Source: Podarcis pityusensis
Lineage: Eukaryota
DNA length: 64,000 bases
NCBI GenBank assembly: GCA_964106645.2
Contig: OZ067041.1
Strand: one strand, 5' to 3'
Each line of letters opens with the position of its first letter. Positions within the stretch are counted from its first letter, which is position 1. The position numbers were made by a program, and so were the translations under genes. This document shows, one piece after another, positions 11,386-58,945 of the stretch. Below the pieces are notes generated by a model that worked only from the letters and a program-made list of their open reading frames with translations, had not been told where the DNA came from and searched no databases.

Positions 11386-14300
11386 CTGTTGGGGAAATAG
11401 CAAAGAAAATATGTTTAAAACTGCAAAAATGTTTACCTGCATTGTTTTCAACACCATAAATACCACAATAAACCCTAGATACCTTGAGTTCCTCTTGCCT
11501 TCTGTGATAAAAAAGGATCATCTGTTTGTGTTCTTCACCACTTATGACAGGCTCACGGGCTGGAGCTCCTTGTCCTTTCTGGAAAAATAAAGCAAGTTTG
11601 TACTCACTGGCACTTTTAACTATTCTGTGACATAATAAACCATGGTTTAAGTCACTGCCTGCCAATTACCTGTGAACCTGTTGTGAAAAGATCCCTGTCC
11701 CCCATGACAGCTAGGGCCTAAATGACATTTCACAGGAGGGCACAACTATGTTTGCAGAGGAACTTATGGTCCTTGCCTTCATACATACATCATCTATTAT
11801 AATGATAAGGATTTTGCCATTATGAAATATAGAATTGAAGAAGCACAAGCAGCAGGAGAAAAAAGAATTTCAATTGGGTTTTAAGGGTAGGTGTACAAGC
11901 AACAAGCACAGCAGTATAGGAGAACTGCTGCACAAAATAAGTTATTCAGGTGCTTATTGATAAACAAAAGCCTATACGTTTATTCCAGGTCTTTCCTTAC
12001 AGCAGAGACTGGGAACTGTGACCCTCTAAATCAGCAGTTCTCAACCTGTGGGTCCCCAGATGTTGTTGGACTACAACTCCCATCATCCCTGAACTCTAGC
12101 CTTGCTAGCTGGGGTGATGGGAGTTGTAGTTCAACAACATCTGGAGACCCAAGGTTGAGAAAGGCTGCTCTAAATATTTGTTAGACACCAGCTCCCATCA
12201 TCAATACTGGCTTGGGCTGATGGGAGCTGAAGTCCAACAACATCTGTAAGGCCACAAATGCCATATACGTTCCTTATAGTCATCCTTGGATTCACTCAAA
12301 AAGGCTTCCTATACTTCAAAAACAACTTGAGATCAAGTAGCACATCTCTAATACCCCCTTGTCATGTGTGCCTCAAGGGGTGCTGTATAATATAATAAAA
12401 ATTAATTCTTACACTGCACCCAGGTTAGAAAAATAGCTATTCTTGGCCCAATGAGTATGGTGTCATGGTTTGTTCCAAGACACCAAAAGAGAAATGAAAT
12501 GCACTGAAATGTATCAAGAGTTTCACTTACTTTCTGTATCTTCACAATAATTTTGGTTTTCTCATTTTTGCCCACATAGTCAGAAAGCTGCTTTGTTCTC
12601 TTCAGTTCTTTTGCTGCCCACCACAGTTGTGCCTCTGGTTCCTCAATAACCTCAAGTGCAGCCTATGACAAATTAAGTCATGAAATGCTTAGTGGTTTCA
12701 ACAAATATACCAGCCTGATCTCCAGATGTTTTGGACTACAACTTCCATCAGCCCCAGTCAGCACAGAATTACAGTCCAAAACATCTGGAGGACACCAGGA
12801 AGGTTAAAATACACAGATTGCAGATTAAACTTTTTCAGAGCAGTGGGAACAACTTGTCTAACAGACAGATATCCATTTCGTCACTAAAAAATAAACAAAT
12901 ATAATGACTAAGACAAACTTTGCAGTGTAGGAAACTGTCCCTCCACCCTTTAAAAAAATAATAAACAGGTACAAAATCCATTGCTGATGATGGAAAGTAA
13001 ACACTCTCAAAGAATGCACATATTCAATTATTGGTGAAGTACTACTATGCAGAGGATATAGCCTCACTTACTATTTTTTAAGTGAATCATGAACTAAAAC
13101 AGGCAGCCTTAAGTACAACATCATTACTGATTTTTGTTTATCAAGTGATTGATTCTGTGAGATGACATGTACTGGGATCTAAGGGTACACAGATTTCATT
13201 GTGACAGGAAATCAGTTCTAATTAATTCATTGTTTTCTTGCTAAATTTTTATTTATGTGTGATGTGGTATCAGTTTCATCAATGCAGACTTCAGCATTTA
13301 TGTTCCAATTTCAAATCCATTTTTAAGATGGATCTTAAATAAACAAATAAACGGTGTTATCCTAGAAAAAAAGCTAAATGGTAATTAAAGGGAATTTCAT
13401 GATTTCTAACAAATGTTTATTAACTCACCAAATTTTCACAAACCTGAAATCATTATAATATAACACTACCTCTCCCTGCTGCCTTTCAAAAAATAAGTCT
13501 GCAGAAATGGTTACTTGCCCTGCAGTATACAGGGAAGGGAAAGGACACTTTGGTCCCAGTCTCTAACCAGAAGAACAACTGCAGCAAGAGGAAAAGCCAT
13601 TTTTAATTCAAAACATATTAAGTTGTACAAGTCACTTAGTGCACTTAGTAACCTTTGGGATGGAGCAGAATATAAATCAAATAATTACACGAATAACACA
13701 CAAATGACTACATGTTCTGCAAAAGCCCAGACTTTTTAATTCCAGGAAGGGCAATATTTTTAAAATTAGAAACCATGTAACCCAAGTAAATCATTACATG
13801 AGTTCCTGACAGATCTTCTTTATCTTCAAACTCCATTCTAATTGGATCATATGGAGGGAGTCCCATTGGGTAAACAATCATTACAGCTCCTCGGAGCTGG
13901 TCCAGTGCATCTTTCACCATATCCTTATTAACACACACATTGGCTTGCACTTGTTTCTGAAATACAGACAGAAGACATTTAATTTAACAAACCAACAAAG
14001 CACAGAGGAAAGAATGTTTTCCTTGCAGTTCACAATGTGACTCAGCATGACATTTGAGGAAAGCCAAGTAACAAAGAAAGCCACACTTAGCTTTTCTGCC
14101 TGATACATAAAGGATCAAATGTTTGTTTTACTGTACACAATATTGGCTAAGATAAAAATGAAATCTCGTCAAAATTCTATTGAAAAGATCTGTGGCAGAT
14201 ATGTATAAGACCCATACTTGCTGTCAATGCAAAATTGGATGCAGAATCACCTCTTTTATGCAGTGTTTACCATTTTTTCCAAAGTGATAAAAGTTTCTGG

Positions 14301-17135
14301 AGCAAGCCAGCAGCATGGTTTACTCAGAGGACAATGAAAGGTTCACTGACCACTAAGGGGGAAAATTGAGCATTTGCTCCACTTTCCCACTAAAATCAAT
14401 AGAATGTATAGATTTACATTATATATTTTAATGGACTTTTAATTCACAACTCCACCCTCAAAAGGAAATGTGAAGCTAGGAGAAGAGAGACTCCTTGTGG
14501 ACAATACCTTTATTTCTACTCCATGAGATATTTTTGATTGGAAACAAGGGGTGGGGATTAAACATCTACAAACTGCTTTTTCTATACAAGTATTCAAAAG
14601 AAACTTAAAATATACAACAGTCAATAAGGTCAAATATTCTACAAAGCTACTGGTATTTCTAATCCACACCGCCAAGCCATGGGGTGATATTGTTGATTGG
14701 CTTGCAATGTGACACCGCCACAGCTACACTGGAGTGGCAAAATGTTGCTGATTTTGGTCATACAGAGATCTTTATGACCTTTGAATAGGTACGTTAACAT
14801 GAGCTGTTTGATAAAATTAAGTCCAAATTTTAAAATGTTAATTAATTGACTCAAATGCCATACAAAAATATAGAAGTATCTTACCTTAGATATTAGTGCC
14901 TTGGCTTCTTCTACTGTTGCTTTTAAAACCTGTTTCATTTTTTCATTTGGAGCTTAAAATAAGAAATCTGCATTTAATATGATATGGTATTATATGCAGG
15001 CTGACTATATAAAAAGCAATATTTTTACATAAAATGTTGCCGCTGTAAATGTCTCTCTTAAGCCAGGCATCATTAAACCTCATATTCTTATTCATTCCGA
15101 GCAGACCCATTGATATTATTGGCATTTTTTAATTTAAAAAAATATAATATATACATTTAGTAAGTATAAAGACTGCCTTGTATGTTAAATTTTGCACCTA
15201 TTTATTGGCACAAAATAATCTGAATGATGTCATTTCTGAATGGTGCAAACAGAGAATTGGTTCTAAAGAAGTGCAAATGATATTCTACTCATACAGCAGT
15301 GCTTTCCTGATTTCAGCCACTCTGCAGCTTCTGGAAGACCCTTTGAAATGGGGTGAAATGGTGGAAAAGGGGTGTGAACAAATGGAAGTGACTTTTAGCT
15401 GCAAAAAGAACTTCTGAATCCAAATCATGAAATGCGCAGCTTTTGTTAGAGGAATTCAGGCTCATCTGATGCTAAAAGATTGAAGAGCCCCTTTCCTAGC
15501 ACTACTGCTTCATTTTAGGCAACCAATTTAAGTTTTCTTGCTGGCTGCATGTACTTGCACTTTATAACAGCTCACTTATCCAGAACATAATAGCTACATT
15601 GTCCCACTGTCTATTATAGTATGTATCTTGCTACTGACGTTGAACTGGGGCTTGCCAGAATATAGCGCTAAGCATAAAAAACAGGCACACTTTTTGGATT
15701 CAATAGAAAGGTCCTGAGAATGGTTTTTATATACCGTTGCAAATATGTTAAGTCTGATAATGCAAATAACATAACTAGCATTATTTACATAACCTACAGT
15801 CATTTTTCAACATGAAAAGGTATGCAGTATCAAAATACTAAATAAATTTCTTATAGAATCCTCTCTTGGCTAATTATATACAAAAAAGTCATATACGCTT
15901 AAGGTACATTTATTTACCATGCCCATTTCTTCGTCCAATTTCATCTTTTTTAAAGACGCTTCCACCACTTGGAATACATTTTTCTGCCCATTCATCCTTC
16001 AGCTTCAGCTCTTCTATTTGCTCATCTGTCAGACCTTGCATGTTAGGAGGTAAGAAAATACCATGTTCTGCCAGTGTTTCTATTTCTATTAAAAAAACCC
16101 AGAGAATGGGATAAGATGATAAAATTATGTCAATTACCCTTTATTTATTTAAATTATTTAAGAAAAATCATATACCTCTTGATTTTAATAAAAACTTCAA
16201 AGCAGTTTACAAAAAACCCAACATTACAATTATCAATAAAAACAGTTAAAAACAGGTACAGTCTTACCTTGGAAGTCGAACAGCTTAGTTCCCGAACATT
16301 TTGGCTCCTGAACATTGCAAACACAGAAGTGACTGTTCCGGTTTGCAAACTATTTTTGGAAGCCGAACGTCCGACGTGCCTTCCGATTGCCTGCAGGACC
16401 TTCCTGCTGCCAATCAGAAGCTGCACTTTGGTTTTGAACATTTTGGAAGTCGAACGGTCTTCCGGAATGGATTCCATTCAACTTCCAAGGTACGACTGTA
16501 TTTTTAAAAATTCAAAACTAAAACCAACAATAAACTAAAAAGAGATAAAAGCACACATAATTTCTTCATGTCTGGCTAGGCATGCTTAAGCAGAAATGTT
16601 TTAAGCAGGCACCTTTGGCTCTCTTATTTGGCAGAGATTGCTAAATATCTGAAAAACAAAAATTGGGCTGTTGTAGAATTAGAATATTAGCTTAAATTAT
16701 ATCCTACAGACACGATTTAAGAGGTTTATTGTTCCTTCATCTATGAATCCTATGTGGGTAATTCAAAGAACCATTAAAATGCTTTTATTTTATTTTCTTA
16801 AAGATAGCAATTCCTAACAGAAAAAAACACCAAACTGTCAGCAAATTTACGCAGCTCGTCAGTGCCATCAAAAACACTAACCCTTGCATGGCATAAGTAA
16901 CCCATAGGGATTAGGAAGGAAGCATTGCCATAGAAAATGCTCATTTTCCACAAGAAAGTTGGGGTGGGTAGGAAGGCAAATGGATACATTTCACACCTGC
17001 ACAAACACGATGAACTTTGAGCCTTCCATTGTAAATCTTGGTCACTTCCTGTGTTAAATCTTCAATGGAAATGCTGCCTGTTGTCTCCAGCAGAAATTGG
17101 CTCTCATCACCATTCTTCACATGGAGCAAAACCAT
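11275..17135 (-). CDS. CFAP298: Cilia- and flagella-associated protein 298 (C21orf59/Kurly), complete, 290 aa. Exons 17135-16997, 16085-15918, 14952-14885, 13956-13798, 12662-12531, 11578-11483 and 11385-11275.
   Basis: 139+168+68+159+132+96+111 = 873 nt. MVLLHVKNGDESQFLL...GAVMIVYPMGLPPYDPIRMEFE...LWWAAKEL...LKRHFHGVKDIKWRPK*. All junctions GT-AG. Confidence 0.98.
11483..11578 (-). CDS. CFAP298: CFAP298 coding exon 6
   Basis: KGQGAPAREPVISGEEHKQMILFYHRRQEELK. Confidence 0.95.
12032..12167. mobile_element. hAT-Charlie-type palindromic MITE nested in an older related MITE (about 12001-12270)
   Basis: TIRs cagcagttctcaacc/ggttgagaaaggctg and a perfect 8-bp TSD CTCTAAAT (12024-12031, 12168-12175). 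Relatives with the ctacaactcccatca core lie at about 2040-2150, 8630-8695, 12715-12800 and 44930-45070. Confidence 0.88.
12531..12662 (-). CDS. CFAP298: CFAP298 coding exon 5
   Basis: AALEVIEEPEAQLWWAAKELKRTKQLSDYVGKNEKTKIIVKIQK. Confidence 0.95.
13798..13956 (-). CDS. CFAP298: CFAP298 coding exon 4
   Basis: KQVQANVCV...GAVMIVYPMGLPPYDPIRMEFEDKEDLSGTH. Confidence 0.95.
14885..14952 (-). CDS. CFAP298: CFAP298 coding exon 3
   Basis: APNEKMKQVLKATVEEAKALISK. Confidence 0.95.
15918..16085 (-). CDS. CFAP298: CFAP298 coding exon 2
   Basis: EIETLAEHGIFLPPNMQGLTDEQIEELKLKDEWAEKCIPSGG...DEIGRRNGH. Confidence 0.95.
16259..16498. mobile_element. Tc1/mariner (Tigger/pogo-like) MITE
   Basis: About 22-bp TIRs cagtc(t/g)taccttggaagt(c/t)gaa with a TA TSD on both sides. 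Confidence 0.88.
16997..17135 (-). CDS. CFAP298: CFAP298 coding exon 1 (acceptor 2 nt upstream of the ATG; exon starts at 17137)
   Basis: ttttgcag|AAATGGTT; MVLLHVKNGDESQFLLETT...LKVHRVCA. Confidence 0.95.
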
Positions 17136-19086
17136 TTCTGCAAAAGCAGAGAAACAGAGACAAATACTAAAGAAAATGTGTCACCATTTATCCGACAAGA
17201 ACAGGAAAAAGGTGTCAAGAACCTTGCAAATAAACATTTTGAGAAACTGACTATGAGAGCCAAACACTATAGACAGGAAATTTGTCCGATACCAAGTTTA
17301 CAGTTGCACAGTTTCAAAGCAACATAAAAGGAAATAAAGTCCCCTAGCCTCCAAAACAGGACCAGAATGTCAAAGGTTCATTGCGAGGCTTGAGAATAAA
17401 TAAGAGTAAGCAAGCATAGCAGTAATTAATAGGTAAGAACTTCAGAGTTTGGGGAAAATAATTTTGTTTTTCCTTTCTTTCCTTCCTAAGAATGTGCCCA
17501 ACCACAAGGTTTCAGATCTGTTTCAAAAATAAACAGAACCTCTACTATGGGGCACATAGTTCACTTTAGTCTTGGTTGCAGGGATGCTCAGAATCCTATC
17601 CCTCCCTGGAATTCCACACTAAAAGTCCTAAAATGCCAAACCCTACCCTAGTCACCTAGGAGGATGAGGATGTGGAAACTGTTGTATAATTATTTATTGT
17701 ATTTAAAAATCCAACATCTAAGTGTGGTATAGAGACCATTCCATAAAACGGCACAGACTCCGCCCTATTTTGTAGGTTAAGGGTTGTTATTGTTTTTAAA
17801 TCAAAGTTATTGTTACATTGCATGAAGCTGTGATATTCTGAGATCACTTTTAATACAAGATTCCTTTTATAATAAGGGTATATGTAGCTCTTAATTTAAG
17901 CCAGTAGTCATTCTCCAAAGCTATGAACTCTGCCTTAGAGCCTAGTTTCACTAAAAGTTCCATAGCATGAAACATGGAAAGTAAACAGTGGCTCTGAGCA
18001 TATACAGTTTCCTTGTTTCACTTCTTAATTTGCACCTACTAAACCTTGACATCCATTCTACATTTATGCCAAACCAGGTGGTAAGGCTTCTTCCCCAATG
18101 GTGCATATTGTTTTTGTCAAAAAAAAGTTCAACAACTTTGGGGGTTGTCAAAAAAAGTTTTGGGATCTTCCTAAAAAAACCTTAGCAACTTTTGGGGTGT
18201 CCTGGTTTTTACTTTTTGGCAACCCTATTTTAAGGAACTATAATTTCTCTAGACTCAGCAGCCAAACATTACTTTCCCCGATTTTCCTTCTAGAATCTGT
18301 AAACCTTACCCATCTTCCCTAACTCCCAAAAAACTGCTTGCAAAAAAAAAAAGTCTTTTAAAAGTGTAAATTGGGCTCTTACTTGAAAGTGACTCATTTG
18401 CTCATTCCAGTTTACAAAATGTAACCTCTGTTGGCTTTTCTCAGATGCTGCAAAGGATGTAAAAGGGCATGTGAGGTTGCTACAGAAAAGTTCCAGCTTC
18501 TGGTCTTTTACAACCAAGGTCTAGCCTTGTGCTTTTTACGCAGCAGGTACCTGTGAGTTGGAGGAACACAACTAGTGACAAATTACGCGCATTAATATAT
18601 ATGAGGAAAGCAGAAGAGTGGGTCTTCCAGTATATTCTGTGGCCACATTGGTGCGAGGCTGGGTTAAGGGATTGCAACTGAGCTGCTGTGAGGTCGCCAC
18701 CTTTCCTTTCCTGACAAGATGTAGCTTCCTTCCTTTTCTTTTCTGGAAATCAGCCCACGAGTCAGCAGCTGTCCCTTCCCCATCCTGGAGGAGGCAAAGC
18801 TTCCTGATCTAGAAGTCCTTTATAAAAGGCCCAATAACTCTCAAAGGTCTTACAGGGCTCTTGAGCCTTTTAAACAGTTTCTTAAGAAAAGCGAAGCAGG
18901 AAAACCGAGAGTGCACAAGGGAGGTGGGAAACCGGGAAATCTAGGAACCGGGAACCAACTTCAAGCTTTGGAAATAAGCGGCCGGGTTGAAAAAAGCTCT
19001 TCCTGAAACAACTGCCGGTAGAAAGATGGAAGGGGGGGGGAGGCGGCTCGTCCACTCAGGGCTCCGCCCCTTCAACGGTTCCTTTC

Positions 19087-19100
19087 GTTTCTATGGAAAC
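19087..19100. promoter_or_regulatory. RFX X-box
   Basis: GTTTCTATGGAAAC fits GTHNYY-AT-RRNAAC; it lies about 90 bp into intron 1 of a ciliary gene. Confidence 0.75.
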
Positions 19101-19190
19101 CAACCGACGCACGCAAAGCAGCGCGCGCGACCGGCTCCTTCGGCTTTCCGTCTTCCGCAGCGGCCCCCCAAGCTCCCAAACCCCACTCAC

Positions 19191-19285
19191 CTGAGTCGCC
19201 GCGTAGGAAAAGCTCCTCAAGCCAACTTCCCGCTCTCCGTTCGCCGCCGCCGCCAGGGCTCAACTCGGTGCTCTATACTAGCAAC
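19191..19285 (-). other. CFAP298: CFAP298 non-coding exon 1 (5' UTR; TSS approximate)
   Basis: Strong donor CAG|gtgagt at 19191/19190 inside the CpG island, with no ATG in the exon. It pairs with the acceptor at 17138-17139. Confidence 0.7.
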
Positions 19286-19585
19286 TTCGGCGACCCAGGA
19301 AGTGTTCCTCACCCGACCAATCGCGCAACGCGAAGGTTCGCGTCTTCTCTGTCACTCAGCACTAGCCCCGCCCGCCCCCAGGGAGGGGGCGTCGAGAACG
19401 GGGCCGTTTTTAAAGGGCCCGCGTCCTCCTTAAGGAACGCTTTGCTAGCGGGAGGAGGACGTCGAGGTTTGGCTGGAGCGCTGAGCAGCACTTGGCTCGG
19501 GGGAAGCGTGGCCGCGGAGCGAGGACGATGAGCGCACCTGTGCTTATTTGCCAAAATGGGGAGAAGCAGGTAGGTGTGTGAAAAT

Positions 19586-19732
19586 CAGTGGCGTAGCGTG
19601 GGTTGTCAGCACCCGGGGCAAGGCAAGTAATTTGCGCCCCCTAACCCGTGGATTTGCGCCCCCTAACCCTAACCCCCAGATGTTGCGCCCGGTGCGGCCG
19701 GCCCCCCCTGCACCCCCCACGCTACGCCACTG
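19586..19732. mobile_element. Young hAT MITE
   Basis: Perfect 16-bp TIRs cagtggcgtagcgtgg/ccacgctacgccactg and a perfect 8-bp TSD GTGAAAAT. Confidence 0.92.
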
Positions 19733-19819
19733 GTGAAAATGAACTACAGCACGGCTGGGTTGGGGGGGGGGCGGAGAGAAAAGGATCCATGGGCATTTCA
19801 TGTGCGCAGGGTGGTGGTG

Positions 19820-20118
19820 ATCAACACCAACAACTGGGTCACACTGGCCTGCGAGTGCTCCAATTGGAGAACAGCCTTTACCAAAGGTGTCATGGGCTTT
19901 GGAAACACTCAAACTCAGGACACAAGGGAGAAACGTGCTAAGAGGAAGGCACGCTTGGCAAACCCTCACCGTGATCAACTCCCGCCCGGAAACCAATGTC
20001 CCCACTGTGGAAGGATATGTGGCTCCAGAATTGGCCTCCACATAAACACTGTTAAAACTGTGTTTATGAAGACAATCTTACTCGGCTACGAGTGATCGCC
20101 AAGGAAGAAAAAGAAGAT
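19820..20118 (+). mobile_element. RTE-clade LINE 3' end
   Basis: Remnant ORF C-terminus NW.TLACECSNWR...CPHCGRICGSRIGLH (zinc-finger-like), followed by a short 3' UTR and a (GAA)-like tail. Confidence 0.75.
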
Positions 20119-20134
20119 AGATGATCAACCAACT

Positions 20135-20560
20135 CTGGAAAGGGTTGTGCGTTCCGGCTTAAGGGACAAGGTGCGCTGCCTGGGAGAGCTATTCACTTTT
20201 CTCTCAGGAAGCCTAGGAGGCATGTTTGTGTTGACGTCCACCCCTTCCTGGCCAGAGGTAGCCTAGCCAATATTATCTACACTCTGGTGTCTTTTGAGGT
20301 TGGCAGTGCACTTTGTTGCATGGGGCTTCCCTTGAAGACAGTTCAGGAAATGCAGCTGCTCCAGAACACTGCAGTTCAGTTGCTTTACTTGCCAACAGGA
20401 ATCACGGAAGAGATCTTACCCTTGCCTGTATTGAAACAACCACAGTGGGTCCCAGTGAGTTTCTAAGCTCCATTCACAGGGCTGGTCTTAATCCATATAC
20501 AGCTTAAGACTGACCCAGGTAGCTGTTGGGCTGCCAGCTGCCATACCTAGGCCTCTGTCC
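20135..20560 (+). mobile_element. L2 LINE ORF2 C-terminal fragment
   Basis: Degenerate GLPLKTVQEMQLLQNTA and PVLKQPQWVPVSF motifs (~GLPLKTVRKLQLVQNAA, PVLKQLHWLPV). Confidence 0.7.
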
Positions 20561-20834
20561 ACCAGTCCAAAGATGTGTGAATTGAATAAGAATACCTCAT
20601 GACAATAAAAGGTTGCCCTCTCTCCCCGGCACCTCTGTTATTTGCTCTGCAACTGAGCATGGTGCAGTCACCCTAGATGTGAGCATCTGAATTTTTTTAA
20701 AAAACCAACCAACTAAGCTTTTCTTTGCAGGAGAAATCTATGTCCCTTCCTAAAGGGGCAAGTTGGCTGCACATTTGAGAATGTCAGGCCACAAGAGAAA
20801 ACCAAATCTTGACACAGTCAATTAATGGATATTA

Positions 20835-22877
20835 TATTCTGAAAGATCGATATATTTATTTAATTAATGCAACACCACATTTCACAGGATATGTATGGAA
20901 TATTGTAGACCACTGAGTTAATACTGTCATTTTGCACTGGATATAGTCAAATATTGTGTACCACAAGCAATAATTTGTTACACATTAACAAAGCAACTTG
21001 CCACAGGGAACACACTCCATGAAAGATATAGCTTTTTTTTTTTTACATAGTTTGTAAATTTGACGCCACTAGTAAATTACTTTTAGCAATATATTATGAT
21101 TAACTATTTATCCTATACTTTTAGATACTTTGTTGCAATTTTGGTGGTACTTTGCTGCCAGATTCTGTAATCTATTGAAGGTGTATGGGGGCTTGTATTT
21201 TAAATATGTTATAGAAAAACTGTAATAATTGAAAATAAAAATCTAAACAAGGTCTACATATCACTGAACTGTAATTTGCACTAACTTTCCAGAACACAGT
21301 TGTTTTGCTAACATAAGATTATTCCAAAGCACTATCACACAGATGTTAATAATCAGAGTTTTAACGAGTTAAATCACATACTGAAGCACAAAGGTTATAG
21401 TACCACTGATGTTTTAAGATGTACAAGTACTTTTAAATGAACTTCACTGTAAAAGCACAATACAGAAGTCACTGTATTTACTTATCTATCCAACTGTAGA
21501 TAATGGTTATGCACTGCTAGCTGGGATGATTTATAGAAATATGCTGGGATAGTAGTAAATAATTTAGAAATGTAATTTTATTTTTGCTGCTCCATGGAAA
21601 GCTGTGCTTCACTTAGATGCTACCAAAAGGCAGAGACTTTGCTAACAGTCAACAGAAGAACAGACAGGTTTGGCGAGGCCCTTCTCAAAAAAGATTTTTC
21701 ACAAGCTTTTAAAAAAGCAATCAATATAAATAGCTGTGACAATATGTATAAGAGAATCTATAGCTTGCCTAATGACGTATCATTGAAAACACTACTGTTT
21801 CCTTCATGACACCAAAATACTACAAATGACATTTGTTGCAAAAACCATGGGGGACAAGACCATTTGCAAGTTTACAAAGCATTGTGCAAACAGGAACAGA
21901 TTTAGCCTCCATAAATATCACATGTGGCATTGACAGCTTCTGTCTGTGGGGAGAACAGTGATGCATCTAAAAAGCTTTACAGAACAGTACAAAAACTATC
22001 TGTTGAAGCCCAATTTAAGACACAAGCACTTCTATAGATAGTAAGGGAGGATGCAAACAAAACTGAAATGCATGGACCACATAGCAGATTACTTCAGATT
22101 TTTGTATCAAAACTGACTACATTGTATTGAGTCATGAAATTCTGCTCTTCAAGTTAAAAAGCAAATATTCATATTTTTCTGAAATGAAAGTTCCTTAATA
22201 GTAGTATCCAAAGCAAAAGTTGAATAACTGGATTATAAGTGACCACAATATTTCCCATGTGTGCAAAACAATAGTACATATGCAGTTGCAGGTAAAATAT
22301 ATTACTATATGCTGTGTACTTTTAAAAAAATCTTTCGACTCTTTGTGGAATTCACCATTACAAATCTTCATAAACCTCTGGTATATAACATTTCCCCAAC
22401 ATTACCCTTAAACAGTCATTAATTAAACTTTGGCAGTTCTTTGGTAAATACTTATAAATATACCAGTTTTCGGCTACTGGAAGTGACTCTAAGTTCTACC
22501 AGTCAGGAGGGTATTTAAAATAGTATTTAAAATATTTTGTAATAAATAAATTTATGTGCACTAAAAGGATAAAACGGTGCTCATGTTTTGTATTTAAATT
22601 AATTGGTGGGAACTTCTAATTTTGAACTTGAGTCCTGTGGGTTAAAATGGGATTTAAATATGCATAAACTTCCCTGCATTGTGCCCTATTAGTAGTGGCA
22701 TAATAAAATCACATGTGGAATTAGCTTTGTGAAATACCATATATACACACACACCTTTAAATTTTGTACATAGTGACATATTTAAAGTTCAGTGCATCTG
22801 CCAAAACTATTGCACACAGAATTACATCAATGCCCAATTCTAGGAGATAATACTCTTAGCAAACAAGTTTAAAGAAT
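20835..22877 (-). other. SYNJ1: SYNJ1 3' UTR
   Basis: Lies between the stop codon (22878-22880) and the AATAAA at 20860-20855; no repeats recognised. Confidence 0.7.
20855..20860 (-). terminator. SYNJ1 polyadenylation signal AATAAA
   Basis: Ends an apparently TE-free, AU-rich 3' UTR of about 2 kb, with a GU-rich element downstream (tgtgtcaagatttggttttctcttgtgg). Confidence 0.65.
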
Positions 22878-58830
<35,953 letters not shown>

Positions 58831-58899
58831 CTGTTTATAAAATGTGAAGGATTCAAATTATGGCAAAAGAACTATACATATGAAAGACTCTTCCACTTC

Positions 58900-58902
<3 letters not shown>

Positions 58903-58942
<40 letters not shown>
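58903..58942. repeat. (AT)n microsatellite
   Basis: About 20 AT units, roughly 70 bp from the SYNJ1 exon ~3 acceptor. Confidence 0.95.

Positions 58943-58945
<3 letters not shown>

Larger units (their letters stand above)
18880..19560. promoter_or_regulatory. CpG island / CFAP298 promoter
   Basis: GC- and CpG-rich, with an ETS site CCAGGAAGTG (19295-19304), CCAAT (19317-19321), GC boxes (19365-19379) and an RFX half-site CTAGCAAC (19278-19285). Confidence 0.85.

Noticed and set aside
16074-16538. 154-aa and 107-aa ORFs
   Set aside because: They span a non-coding Tigger-like MITE and show no transposase motifs.
18987-20095. Several overlapping ORFs of 60-165 aa
   Set aside because: By-products of the GC-rich CpG island, the hAT MITE and the RTE fragment. 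Only the RTE C-terminal remnant is meaningful.
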